Below, one piece after another: positions 8,727 to 17,515 of a DNA stretch of 24,567 nucleotides. This DNA comes from a virus (Duplodnaviria > Caudoviricetes): IMG/VR virus record IMGVR_UViG_3300044957_000215, positions 1-24,567 of that record; one strand, 5' to 3'. The notes under the pieces are model-generated. The model made no database searches. It had not been told where the DNA came from and worked only from the letters and a program-made list of their open reading frames with translations. A program made the position numbers and the translations under genes. Position 1 is the first letter of the stretch; every line of letters starts with the position of its first letter.

Positions 8727-9326
8727 CTATCCTTTCACCTCAATCAGCGTAATCGTCGCCGCTGCCGCACCACCAAAAAGCCGCGAGGATATGCCGTTAA
8801 TTTGAAACGTGCCCGACGCATTAAACAATCCCACTCTCACCGTGTAAGTCGTCGCCGACGTGGTAGCCGGGGAATCCAGTATCTCCATGCTCGCCACAGC
8901 AAGGTAATTCGCCGGAAGTGACTGCGCCGCAGCGCCTATGCAGGTGCTCCCACGAAACAACGCCAAGATTGGAGTGTTTGTGGTGTTTGTAGAAAGCAGC
9001 GGCACATTCACCTGCACCAGCACCTTATTTGCCGCATCGTTTGGCGTGATCGCCGCCGTAAGAATCTGCGTGCCCTCACTCACCAGCGGCACCGTATCAT
9101 CCGACGGAATCGTTGCTGCCGAAGTTGTGTAGGCGCTATTCGTCCCCTGCACCACCTGCACAATCATCCCCGCCGCCACCTTGCTCGCCGTCACCGCGCC
9201 CGCATTGATCTTCGCCGTCGTCACCGCATTGGCATTGATAACCGCATCATTCACGGCGCCATTCAACTTTGTCGGCGTCACCGTCTCGCCGCTTACTAAT
9301 GTGTATCCCGTTGTTAAGTCTCCCAT
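8727..9326 (-). CDS. short tail fibre / tail-associated protein (199 aa)
   Basis: N-terminal GETVTPTKLN and AVTTAKI/AVTASKV repeats. The C-terminal IVQVVQ..NKVLV..LDSPATTSATTY..ITLIEVKG beta domain is common in phage fibres. Confidence 0.7.
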   Translation of the reverse strand: MGDLTTGYTLVSGETVTPTKLNGAVNDAVINANAVTTAKINAGAVTASKVAAGMIVQVVQGTNSAYTTSAATIPSDDTVPLVSEGTQILTAAITPNDAANKVLVQVNVPLLSTNTTNTPILALFRGSTCIGAAAQSLPANYLAVASMEILDSPATTSATTYTVRVGLFNASGTFQINGISSRLFGGAAAATITLIEVKG

Positions 9327-9338
9327 ATCGTTCCTTCG

Positions 9339-11441
9339 TTAGCTTTCCGTTCTCGTCATTTGCGACGGTCGATCCGCCGCCACATCCACCTGCACCGATT
9401 TAATCACTGGCCTCCCGGCCCCCACGTTGAGAAATGTCACATCCGCAGCAGACCCCCGTTGCCGCACCGAGAGCTTCCCCACAAAATCATTGTCCGTCGC
9501 ACCCGTATTTGAAATCCGCCCGGCAGTCAGTTCATTGTCCGGATCATAAGTATTGAACACCACATCCGCCAACGCGCCCGCCGGAAGCGACACACCCGCC
9601 AGCACCCGCATCCACCGCTTCATCTGAAGATCACCGCCGAAATACCGCCGCGTCACCAACTCCCCGGCCACATCCACCAACTCCGTCATCCCCTCCGTCG
9701 CCGGATCATCCCCATTCTCCTGCTCCTCCAACAGCACCAACTTCCCGGTCCGCGATGCACCAAAAAGCCGCCGCTTCCCGCCGTAGTCGCTCACAAGAAG
9801 CGTCGAGATCGAAAGCGGATACGAATCATAAGACTCCCATTCCCCGGTTAGCGCATTCCACACCAGCACCACATTCGGCGCATCCACGCCATCCAACGGC
9901 ACCGCCAGCCAATAGCGGTTGTCAAACCACACCGCATTCGACAAAGCCGCGGCCTCCTCCGTGATGTTTTCAAACAAATCCGCCACCGCATCACTCAGCG
10001 GCAGCGTCACCCCGCGCACCTTCAGATCCTGGTATCCCGCATCCAGCCGATGCACCCCGTTATCCGAAAGGAAATAAACAAAAGCACCCGCCACCACCAG
10101 CGTCCGCTGCGCACGACAACCCACCTCATTCGTAATCAATTCCAGAAACGAATTGGCCGGGTCCAACTCCGTCCCCGTCGCCGCATCCAGCACCACCTTC
10201 GCACGGTAAATGCTCTTGCGCCCGAAAATCAGCGTCGTCCCCTCCGCAAACGGCAGCATCCCCACAATCCGGTCATCACTCCCCGCATTCGCACGGAAAG
10301 ATATTTGAAGCGGATCATAAGTATTCGCATCCAGAATATCCGAAATCATCACCTCATCCTTAATCGGCGTCCGCGCGATGAAGATTTGATTATTCTGATA
10401 ACAAGCGACGCCCGTGGATCGCATCGTGGAATACGTCGCCCCCGTCGCGTGCGACCCCCCGCCATACTTCACAAACGCCGCTGCCGCCCCGTCCCACATC
10501 AAAGGAGGCTTTACCTTCCGGCAGGTAATTGTCCCCGTCGCCGGTGTCGCCGGTGCGTGCGATACCGCAAACGTAAACGTATTCGCATCCACCTTTGTTA
10601 TGTCCGCCTCGATGTTGTAAGCCGACTGCCCAGCCCCCTCGATGCACACCCGATCATTCGTTTCAAACCCGTGCCCGGTGCTCGTCACCGTCGCCGTCCC
10701 GCTGCTCCGCGTCATCGTGCAAGCCTTCCGCGCATAGCTCCCCACCAGCTCCCGCCCTCGAAACAAAAACAACTTGTCAAACGCCTGCAACATCGTAACC
10801 AAATCCTCCTCCTCCAACGTCTCACCACCCGGATACGCCTTCGTCAGCACGCTCTGCCCGTCACGGTAAAGAAAGCAGCTGGTCGCACCAAAAAGCGCAA
10901 TCCACTCCGCGCCATTCAGCGTTTCCGTTGAGCTGGGACTTGAAAACACACACGCCCCGAAAATCCCCCCCGCATACGAATCACTCACCTCCGGCCCATT
11001 ATTCAGCACAATCGTTCCCGTCGCCGGTGTCGCCGGTGTCCCCGTCACGGAATACGTCAGCGTTGTATTGTTTACCTTCGTCACCGTGAAATCCCCGTTG
11101 TATTCCGTCTGCACCGCCCCGCGGATATTCACCTTGTCACCCGTCACGCACCCATGCGCCACCGCCGACACAAGCGTTGCCGTCCCACCGCTCCGCGTCA
11201 CACTCGACACCGCCACATCCACACCCAAATCAAACGGCAACACCACCGGAGCCAGGCCCACAGATACCCCATCCAGCAACCGCTTAATCCCGCGCCTCAC
11301 CTCCGCACGCCCGCGCACAAACCGCATATTCCGCGCCATCGCCGCAATCCCGGCAGGCAACGTCATTGGGTCCGGCCTCGACCTGAATCCCGTCCACCCC
11401 GCATCACCCTCGATTTGAATTGCGGCATCCAGCATACGCAC
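9339..11441 (-). CDS. tail nozzle / tubular protein B-like (700 aa) with two inserted beta-rich repeats
   Basis: Size and position fit. Beta-propeller-like motifs (VGCRAQRTLV, VYFLSDNGVHRL, AVWFDNRYWLAVP) and two ~65-aa TRSxGTAT..HG..NxxT.TY/F..PATPATGTI repeats. Confidence 0.75.
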   Translation of the reverse strand: MRMLDAAIQIEGDAGWTGFRSRPDPMTLPAGIAAMARNMRFVRGRAEVRRGIKRLLDGVSVGLAPVVLPFDLGVDVAVSSVTRSGGTATLVSAVAHGCVTGDKVNIRGAVQTEYNGDFTVTKVNNTTLTYSVTGTPATPATGTIVLNNGPEVSDSYAGGIFGACVFSSPSSTETLNGAEWIALFGATSCFLYRDGQSVLTKAYPGGETLEEEDLVTMLQAFDKLFLFRGRELVGSYARKACTMTRSSGTATVTSTGHGFETNDRVCIEGAGQSAYNIEADITKVDANTFTFAVSHAPATPATGTITCRKVKPPLMWDGAAAAFVKYGGGSHATGATYSTMRSTGVACYQNNQIFIARTPIKDEVMISDILDANTYDPLQISFRANAGSDDRIVGMLPFAEGTTLIFGRKSIYRAKVVLDAATGTELDPANSFLELITNEVGCRAQRTLVVAGAFVYFLSDNGVHRLDAGYQDLKVRGVTLPLSDAVADLFENITEEAAALSNAVWFDNRYWLAVPLDGVDAPNVVLVWNALTGEWESYDSYPLSISTLLVSDYGGKRRLFGASRTGKLVLLEEQENGDDPATEGMTELVDVAGELVTRRYFGGDLQMKRWMRVLAGVSLPAGALADVVFNTYDPDNELTAGRISNTGATDNDFVGKLSVRQRGSAADVTFLNVGAGRPVIKSVQVDVAADRPSQMTRTES

Positions 11442-11454
11442 CCATCACTCTCGC

Positions 11455-11522
11455 ATTTTCCGCAGCCGCCGCGCTACGCCAGCCGGTTCCAAGTCACACC
11501 AACCCCGCCCGAGTCAACCCAA
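11455..11522 (-). promoter_or_regulatory. phased 4x10-bp array plus downstream motif, upstream of the nozzle/ejection genes (putative late promoter)
   Basis: + strand units ccggttccaa/gtcacaccaa/ccccgcccga/gtcaacccaa (11483-11522), followed on the minus strand by CGTagcGCGGcggcTGCGGaaaat. Confidence 0.45.
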
Positions 11523-11523
11523 G

Positions 11524-12168
11524 TCAGCACGTTCTCATCAGCACCGCCTCATCCTCACGCCGCCGCACCAACCCCTCCAAACCCTTCCCATACCACAGCC
11601 GCCGCATCCCAAGCACCTGCATCCCCATCCGCCGCAGCAACCCCCGCCGGTCGATTTCCGACACCCCCGCCTTCGCATACTCCGCCACCAAATCACGAAT
11701 CACCCGCATCTCACGACGCCGGTCCCCGTCCATCGCCGCACCCCGATTAAATACTATCGACACCAACGCCGAACGCGCATCCCCAGGCAACGCATCCACA
11801 CCCGGATACGCCCGCCGCGTCTGCTCCACCCAATACGGCAACGTGGAGAAACAAAAGACCCGATACGCCAGCTCCCACGGAATCAATACATCCGCCACCG
11901 CCTTCACCCGCTCGCGGGCCTTCAAGCCTTTCACCCCCACCACCATCGCCAACCGCGCCCGGTCGTCATCATCCATCGCCGCCCAATTCGCCAAAAACCT
12001 CTCCCGCGGCGTATATCCGAGATCGTATCCGATACCGATTGTCGGACCCGACTCACCACCCGGCCATGTCGGATGTTTCAGCTTCGCATTGTAATACGCC
12101 TCGCCGCCGCCCACCTCATGCTTCAGCAAAAGCTCCAGCCCCGCCTTTGAAAGAAAATCACTCATCAA
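11524..12168 (-). CDS. endolysin, lysozyme fold (GH24/pesticin-like muramidase)
   Basis: LLKHEVGG..YY..PTWPGGESGPTIGIGYDLG, ALVSIVFNRG and GLVRRREDEA motifs. Confidence 0.85.
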   Translation of the reverse strand: MMSDFLSKAGLELLLKHEVGGGEAYYNAKLKHPTWPGGESGPTIGIGYDLGYTPRERFLANWAAMDDDDRARLAMVVGVKGLKARERVKAVADVLIPWELAYRVFCFSTLPYWVEQTRRAYPGVDALPGDARSALVSIVFNRGAAMDGDRRREMRVIRDLVAEYAKAGVSEIDRRGLLRRMGMQVLGMRRLWYGKGLEGLVRRREDEAVLMRTC

Positions 12169-12559
12169 TCAACAAATAATCCCGCCGATAAAAACGACTC
12201 TTGAAATCCGGAGTCGTCACCCGCCCATTGTCCCAATGCACCTTGCCCCCGCGCACCGTCCCCTTCATCTTCGTCTTCCGCGTCATCAGCCGCCGCCCCT
12301 CATAATCCGTCACCACCGGCTTCTCCTCCCGCGGCCTCTCACGATAGCCCACACGCTTCACAACACGCTCAAGGTTCCGATCCCACACCTGAAAATACTC
12401 CCGCTGCACACTCCCATCCGCCAGCGCAATCCGCAGCACCCCATCCACCTTGTCCTCCGAACACATCAGATCCGCCGCCGCCTGCTCCTGCGTCATCCAC
12501 CCCGCAGGGAATACATACTTCTCCGCATAGCTTTTCCGCACCACAGTTCTTAGGCTCAT
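12158..12559 (-). CDS. hypothetical basic protein (133 aa), possible N-terminal HTH
   Basis: Overlaps both neighbours. WMTQEQAAADLMCSEDKVDGVL resembles an HTH. Confidence 0.6.
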   Translation of the reverse strand: MSLRTVVRKSYAEKYVFPAGWMTQEQAAADLMCSEDKVDGVLRIALADGSVQREYFQVWDRNLERVVKRVGYRERPREEKPVVTDYEGRRLMTRKTKMKGTVRGGKVHWDNGRVTTPDFKSRFYRRDYLLIDE

Positions 12560-13554
12560 AGGATAATTGGTGTCGTCATCGTGCGACCACGCTGCTTGTC
12601 AAAAAGGAAAAACGTCTGCTGCGGCGCCTCAAACGGCGCTTTGATCGACAACGCATAAGCATTGTACCCGATCAGCGACCCGTTCGCGCAAAACTTCGGA
12701 CTCTGTATCTGTGTATGCCAATGCCCGAAAACATCCAAATCCGCCTTCAACGGCGATTTATTCCACGCCGCAATCGCCTTCTCCACCGGAATCGTCAGCC
12801 CGCCAACACCACCCTGGTATTTCAAATCATCCCCATGATGAAACCGCAGCAACCGCCCGAACACCTCAACAAGATTGTGATAACTCTCGCCAATCTGCCA
12901 CGCCACATTCCTCGGCGTCCGCCCCTCCAGCAACTTGTAAAGCATCCACTCATACGAGTTCTGCGCCCCCGTCGCGTGCCGCGACTTCTTCGTCGTCCGC
13001 CCGTGATTCCCGTAGCTCGTCACCACCAGCACCTGATCGAAATTCTCCGCCAGCATCTCAATTCCCGCAATCAACCGATCCTGAAGCCAGAGCAACGTCT
13101 GTGTCGGCGTCAATCCATTCGTCTCGGCAAGCTCCTCATGGATAAAGCCCGTCATCAAATCCCCGCCCAGCCAGAGCACGCACGTCGAGATTTCCGCGCC
13201 CCCTCGCTCGATCTCCGTCAATCGGATCACCCCGCGAAAGAATTTCCGCACACGATGATCCGCAACCTCCAGGTTAAACTCATTTAACCCGTTCACACTC
13301 TCCGCCGCCACCGTCTCCTCCACGTGCCAATCACTCGCCAGTGCCACCGCCACCGCCTCGCTCCGGTCATTCTCCGGAACACCAAACGCCACCGCACGCG
13401 CCTTCGACTTTGCCAGCGACTGCGATACCGCAAGCTGCCGCTCCAACTGCTCCACCCGGGCCTGCCATTCGGCCAACTGCCCGCGCAACTGCGCCACCGT
13501 CTTACCGTGCGCCGCCTCCCGCGCCTCCCGCTCGATGTTAAGCAACCCGCTCAT
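12556..13554 (-). CDS. calcineurin-like metallophosphoesterase with N-terminal coiled coil
   Basis: All five metal motifs are present: SDWH, GGD, GNHG, HHGD and GHWH. Confidence 0.9.
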   Translation of the reverse strand: MSGLLNIEREAREAAHGKTVAQLRGQLAEWQARVEQLERQLAVSQSLAKSKARAVAFGVPENDRSEAVAVALASDWHVEETVAAESVNGLNEFNLEVADHRVRKFFRGVIRLTEIERGGAEISTCVLWLGGDLMTGFIHEELAETNGLTPTQTLLWLQDRLIAGIEMLAENFDQVLVVTSYGNHGRTTKKSRHATGAQNSYEWMLYKLLEGRTPRNVAWQIGESYHNLVEVFGRLLRFHHGDDLKYQGGVGGLTIPVEKAIAAWNKSPLKADLDVFGHWHTQIQSPKFCANGSLIGYNAYALSIKAPFEAPQQTFFLFDKQRGRTMTTPIIL

Positions 13555-13757
13555 GTCTTCGACAGTTCCCCCGTCCGCCGCAGTTCAAACCCGTAATGCG
13601 TCGAGTCCCCGCACCGGCCCCAAGCCACCTCATACACATATCCGCCGTCACGAATGATAATCCCCGTCACCACACCCGGACGGTCATCTTCCACATCATC
13701 CCCGATGTGCTGCACCTCATCGCCGATATTGAACTTCAGCAAATCCGGCTTGTTCAT
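13551..13757 (-). CDS. small hypothetical protein, SH3/Tudor-like beta barrel (68 aa)
   Basis: KFNIGDEV..GVVTGI..YEVAW pattern, with an ATGA overlap into the next gene. Confidence 0.65.
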   Translation of the reverse strand: MNKPDLLKFNIGDEVQHIGDDVEDDRPGVVTGIIIRDGGYVYEVAWGRCGDSTHYGFELRRTGELSKT

Positions 13758-13766
13758 GGGATGCTT

Positions 13767-13970
13767 TTACTTCGCGTCCTGCTGCGCCACAGAGTTCCAG
13801 ACCTTCAGCGCAAACGCCGCAAACGCCGATGCAATGAAAATCTTCTCTTTGTATCCCGGCGGGATGATCGTCGCCACTTCACCCATCTGATACGGCAATG
13901 CCGCCAACGCCGTCAGGGTTGCAAATACCGCCGTTCCGATCCCGCTTACCGTCGTCTTCCAGTTCTTCAT
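13767..13970 (-). CDS. putative holin (2 TM segments)
   Basis: MKNWKTTVSGI N-terminus, two hydrophobic helices and a QDAK end, close to the endolysin. Confidence 0.7.
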   Translation of the reverse strand: MKNWKTTVSGIGTAVFATLTALAALPYQMGEVATIIPPGYKEKIFIASAFAAFALKVWNSVAQQDAK

Positions 13971-14155
13971 TTTTCTCCTCCTATGTTTGGTGTGTCAAAA
14001 ATCACACTCGATGCCAGCGGCCCCGCCGTCGCACACCCGCTCATCAGCATCACCGCAAGCACCACCACAGCAAACGCCGCCAAAAACCAAAAACTAGGCG
14101 GCAGCGGAGGCCGCTGCCTCATAAAATCCCGCTGGTCAAACGGATGGTTGTTCAT
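13967..14155 (-). CDS. small lipoprotein, possible o-spanin-like
   Basis: Hydrophobic stretch followed by the lipobox LMSGC, with 4-bp overlaps on both sides. Confidence 0.55.
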   Translation of the reverse strand: MNNHPFDQRDFMRQRPPLPPSFWFLAAFAVVVLAVMLMSGCATAGPLASSVIFDTPNIGGEK

Positions 14156-14433
14156 ACCGCATCCTCCGGAACACTAATCACAAACCCCGTATGTGAATCC
14201 GGATAAGCCTTGAACCACATACGATCCACCTTCGGCTTGATTTCGTCCATATCCTGCTTCACCCGCCGAAGGTCCGCATGGTCCGTAATGGCAATCGCAC
14301 CCAGCACAAGCACCCCAACGCCGCTGAAACAACAAACCGTAAAAATGGCATTCGCCATCGCACGCGCCCCGCGAAGCAACCCAAGCAACTCCGACCGCTC
14401 GGCGTCAATCTGCTTTTGTTCCTCCGCGCTCAT
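14152..14433 (-). CDS. single-TM protein with coiled coil (93 aa), lysis-associated candidate
   Basis: The ATG at 14433 overlaps the protease stop (ATGA), so it is preferred over the 14604 start in the ORF track. TM segment AIFTVCCFSGVGVLVLGAIAI, then DLRRVKQDMDEIK. Confidence 0.6.
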   Translation of the reverse strand: MSAEEQKQIDAERSELLGLLRGARAMANAIFTVCCFSGVGVLVLGAIAITDHADLRRVKQDMDEIKPKVDRMWFKAYPDSHTGFVISVPEDAV

Positions 14434-15647
14434 AATGTTTGCACCGTGAATTGCGTTCCCCCGAGAGTTGTGATCGCCGCAGCCATCGCCGTGTGTGCGT
14501 TGTCCACCCGCGCGGCGGCCCGAAAAGTGGAAGCTAATCCGAGAAGAATCGGACCACTGGACCCAAGAATCAGCAGGGGCGAACCAGAATCCCCATACCA
14601 CCAAGCCGTTCTAGTCTGTCTATCACCTTCCACCACGCCACCCGGCCCCATCTCCCACTCTTGCGGAAGGATGTTGCTCGCCTTTTGTGGTATAAAAGTC
14701 TCATTCGATACGTTCAGCGTCCGCTCCATGATCGAGATGCCGGTTGCGCCTACCCCAAGCAAGTAAACCGGCACCGCTTTATACTGGCTCGTCAGCGCAA
14801 TCGCGTTCACGTAAGCCAACTTCCGCGCATCCGTCCCCAAGCCCGTAAATAGTGATGTAAGGTTGCTCTGCGGAAAGGAAACTGGAACAACGTCCGCAGG
14901 GAGGGAGGACGATAGCTTAGCGGCTACAATGTCCAGTGATCCCACTTGAATCGCCTGCGTTGTAACCTGCCTTTCGTAGATCGTTCCACTCGCCCCGCGA
15001 AACGATAGCGTAAACGGATACCATGCCGCAGGCGGCTCATTGTGCCGCGTCATAATAACCACGTCCGGAGATATCAACGTCCACGCCGTTGCTGCATTAA
15101 AGGAACGGAATCCGAAGTTTATTGAGTTCGCCCAGCAACCCGCATTCCTCACCCCTTGCCCAATGTTAGAATAAATCGACATCTGCGGATGGAAGTTGTT
15201 CACCCGTGGCGCTGGGACGACCCCTGCCAACAACGCCGCCACCCTATCAGATACCGCCTTTGCAGTTGTTGCCGCTTTATGGTTCTGAAATTCGTAATAC
15301 TGACTTCCGACCGCGCTTGAAAATGCCAACGTCCTGAAAAACGTCCCCTTCTCGCAAACAATCTTCAGCGTCGCCGTTCCGTCTGCCACCCACCGCGCCA
15401 CCGGCCCGGCCATCTCTGCAACGCCCGGCGTGAGACTTTCAATCGACTCCGTTCGCAGAAAACTCCCGAACGACAAGCGATGATCCTTTACCGCCGTCGC
15501 TGCCGTTTTACTCAGATAATCGCCGTCCGCAGTCGAATGTGCAGAGGATGTAACCGCACCCGTATCCCGCCACTCTTCCAGACAAGACAGGCCAATATCC
15601 GGATTCGCTCCGTTTATCACCCGATCCGCGCCGTAAGTGATTGTCAT
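14430..15647 (-). CDS. trypsin-like (PA clan) serine protease domain protein, probably virion-associated
   Basis: Catalytic triad in the correct order: TLISPDVVIMTRH (His), LDIVAAKL (Asp) and YGDSGSPLL (Ser). Confidence 0.75.
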   Translation of the reverse strand: MTITYGADRVINGANPDIGLSCLEEWRDTGAVTSSAHSTADGDYLSKTAATAVKDHRLSFGSFLRTESIESLTPGVAEMAGPVARWVADGTATLKIVCEKGTFFRTLAFSSAVGSQYYEFQNHKAATTAKAVSDRVAALLAGVVPAPRVNNFHPQMSIYSNIGQGVRNAGCWANSINFGFRSFNAATAWTLISPDVVIMTRHNEPPAAWYPFTLSFRGASGTIYERQVTTQAIQVGSLDIVAAKLSSSLPADVVPVSFPQSNLTSLFTGLGTDARKLAYVNAIALTSQYKAVPVYLLGVGATGISIMERTLNVSNETFIPQKASNILPQEWEMGPGGVVEGDRQTRTAWWYGDSGSPLLILGSSGPILLGLASTFRAAARVDNAHTAMAAAITTLGGTQFTVQTL

Positions 15648-16384
15648 TGAATGCTCAATGTGATGTTCTGCACGGTTGCGTTTGCGTCGTAAGCGTCAAA
15701 CCACGCCAGTTCCGCAGCGATCGTTGCATTGCCCCCCGTGGCTGAAATAAATTCGCGGTCCGCATGAATGTACATCTCTGTTTCAGTTCCAAGAACGCAA
15801 CTGCCTATTAATGACGATGCTCCCAACTGGATGGTGTTTACCGTAGTGGAAGCACCTTTGTTATACGCCACCGACCTTCCCTGATACGTTGACCCAGCCG
15901 CAGGTGCAGGCAAAATCAACGAGAACGTCACTAATGAATTCGCCCCGCACGCAAGCGGCACATTTACCCGGGCAGAAAACCGCATCTTATACACTTGCCC
16001 CGCTGTTACCGAAATACTGATTCCAGGGATCGTCACCGTCGCGGAATCAGGCAGCGTCACCGCCGCAGAGCGGGAAAATAACCGTATCGGTGCACCGCCC
16101 ACCGCCACGCCGCCCGCCGTCGTCCCGTCGCCAAGCCGAAGTTGCTTTGTGTCGGTAGTGGAAGCCAACATGCCCTGCGCCAGCGTCACCGCGTTTACTT
16201 CCGCCTCCGTGCCTTTGAATGGAATGATGTTCGCCTCAATCGTTTCTGGCAGGTGCTGTTCAAGTATCTCACCATCCCCATCCACCTCTGCCACCCGCAC
16301 CCATGCGCCATCTTTGGCTCCATAAGCATTCCCATCTTTAGGAGCTACACCTTGCCCTCTCGTCAATACACCCATCACTCTCAT
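15644..16384 (-). CDS. fibre/spike-like protein with a foldon-like motif and an Mtd/hyaluronidase N-terminal-like domain
   Basis: APKDGNAYGAKDGAWVRV, then LAQGMLASTTDTKQLRLGDGTTAGG, then a beta-rich C-terminal domain. Confidence 0.7.
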   Translation of the reverse strand: MRVMGVLTRGQGVAPKDGNAYGAKDGAWVRVAEVDGDGEILEQHLPETIEANIIPFKGTEAEVNAVTLAQGMLASTTDTKQLRLGDGTTAGGVAVGGAPIRLFSRSAAVTLPDSATVTIPGISISVTAGQVYKMRFSARVNVPLACGANSLVTFSLILPAPAAGSTYQGRSVAYNKGASTTVNTIQLGASSLIGSCVLGTETEMYIHADREFISATGGNATIAAELAWFDAYDANATVQNITLSIQ

Positions 16385-16388
16385 AAGA

Positions 16389-17105
16389 TCATCCTCCTAC
16401 GCAAAAGCGCCGTTGTTGCCCCTGTTTCATTTCCAGCTTGTCCAGCTCCGCATCCAGCTTCGCATAGCCAAGCCCCTCCAAAACTCCCGCCTTCTCAAAT
16501 TGCCCATCCTCACGCTGCGCATCCGCAGCCGCCAGCAACTTCACCGACTCCGCCAGCGCACGCGGATACGTGTTCGCATCCAAGTCCGATGTGGTGAACA
16601 CCGATGGCCGCAGCGTAAACTCCACCCACGGTTGCGCTGGCCCGCTCGCCACAAGCAACCCGTCTTCCATAATCTCAAACCCGTAGCGCACCGCGCCAGT
16701 CGCCACCCGGCGGTCAGCACTCCACACATCAATCACTTCGCCAATCGCCGTTTCGCCCGCCTGCTCCAGAGCGATGTTCTTCAGCATGTCCGTCGCCGCC
16801 TCCCAATAAACCGCATTCGTCGGCAGATTCCCGGTCGTGGAAGAAAGCGCACGGTAATACGCCCCATCATAGAAAACCTCATCACCCGTCACATAGGCCG
16901 TCCCACCGGCATACGTCGCCCGATATTCCCGCTGCTCGATCCGCGTCCACTCAGGCCACGCATACCGCTCCCAAAGTTCCGCCGTCCGCGCATTGATATA
17001 CTCCAGCAACGCGGCCTCCGTATGCGCCGGAATCGCCTGCGTAATGTCAACACCCATCCGCACCGCCACCCCATTAAGCACGCTGCGAACAGTGACCGTC
17101 CTCAC
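16389..17105 (-). CDS. head-tail adaptor / tail tubular protein A-like with an inserted CBM5/12-like module
   Basis: Position fits. Helical N-terminus ending YAWPEW and helical C-terminus, with insert TAYVTGDEVFYDGAYYRAL..PTNAVYW. Confidence 0.65.
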   Translation of the reverse strand: MRTVTVRSVLNGVAVRMGVDITQAIPAHTEAALLEYINARTAELWERYAWPEWTRIEQREYRATYAGGTAYVTGDEVFYDGAYYRALSSTTGNLPTNAVYWEAATDMLKNIALEQAGETAIGEVIDVWSADRRVATGAVRYGFEIMEDGLLVASGPAQPWVEFTLRPSVFTTSDLDANTYPRALAESVKLLAAADAQREDGQFEKAGVLEGLGYAKLDAELDKLEMKQGQQRRFCVGG

Positions 17106-17455
17106 CCAAACCTCCTCACCCTCGCGGGTCCAGTGTTTGTTCCGAGGGAGATTATCTTGTCACTCTTGCCTTCCACCCGCTGAATCATCCCACGCTTCTC
17201 ACAGTCCTTCACAAAGCCCTTATCGCTCCAGCACTTGTCACCAAACTTCGCCCGCGCCGCCCAATACACATCCGCGTCAATCCGGTGCGTCAACTGCCCA
17301 ATGCCATCCATAAGCCGCGACTTGATTTGCCTGCACGCGGCATTGATCCGCTCCTGGCGCACACCGGCCATCGCGCGGCGCACATGCTCCCCGCGGCGCA
17401 ACTCCGCCATCACCGCATCCGGTGCTTCAATGTCTGCAATCAACGTATCGCTCAT
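17102..17455 (-). CDS. hypothetical protein (117 aa), head/tail accessory
   Basis: The ATG at 17455 lies just downstream of a hairpin, whereas the ORF-track start at 17485 lies inside it. GTGA overlap with the adaptor gene. Confidence 0.65.
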   Translation of the reverse strand: MSDTLIADIEAPDAVMAELRRGEHVRRAMAGVRQERINAACRQIKSRLMDGIGQLTHRIDADVYWAARAKFGDKCWSDKGFVKDCEKRGMIQRVEGKSDKIISLGTNTGPARVRRFG

Positions 17456-17469
17456 TTCATCAGCGGAGT

Positions 17470-17496
17470 CCCCGCGGCGCTCCACACGCCGCGGGG
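17470..17496 (-). terminator. GC-rich hairpin after the decoration gene (no U-tract; attenuator or mRNA stabiliser)
   Basis: ccccgcggcg-ctccaca-cgccgcgggg, perfect 10-bp stem. Confidence 0.5.
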
Positions 17497-17515
17497 TTCC
17501 CCATTTCCGCTCTCC

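Noticed and set aside
14434-14604. N-terminal extension of the 150-aa ORF
   Set aside because: It overlaps the protease active-site region. The ATG at 14433 with an ATGA overlap is the better start.
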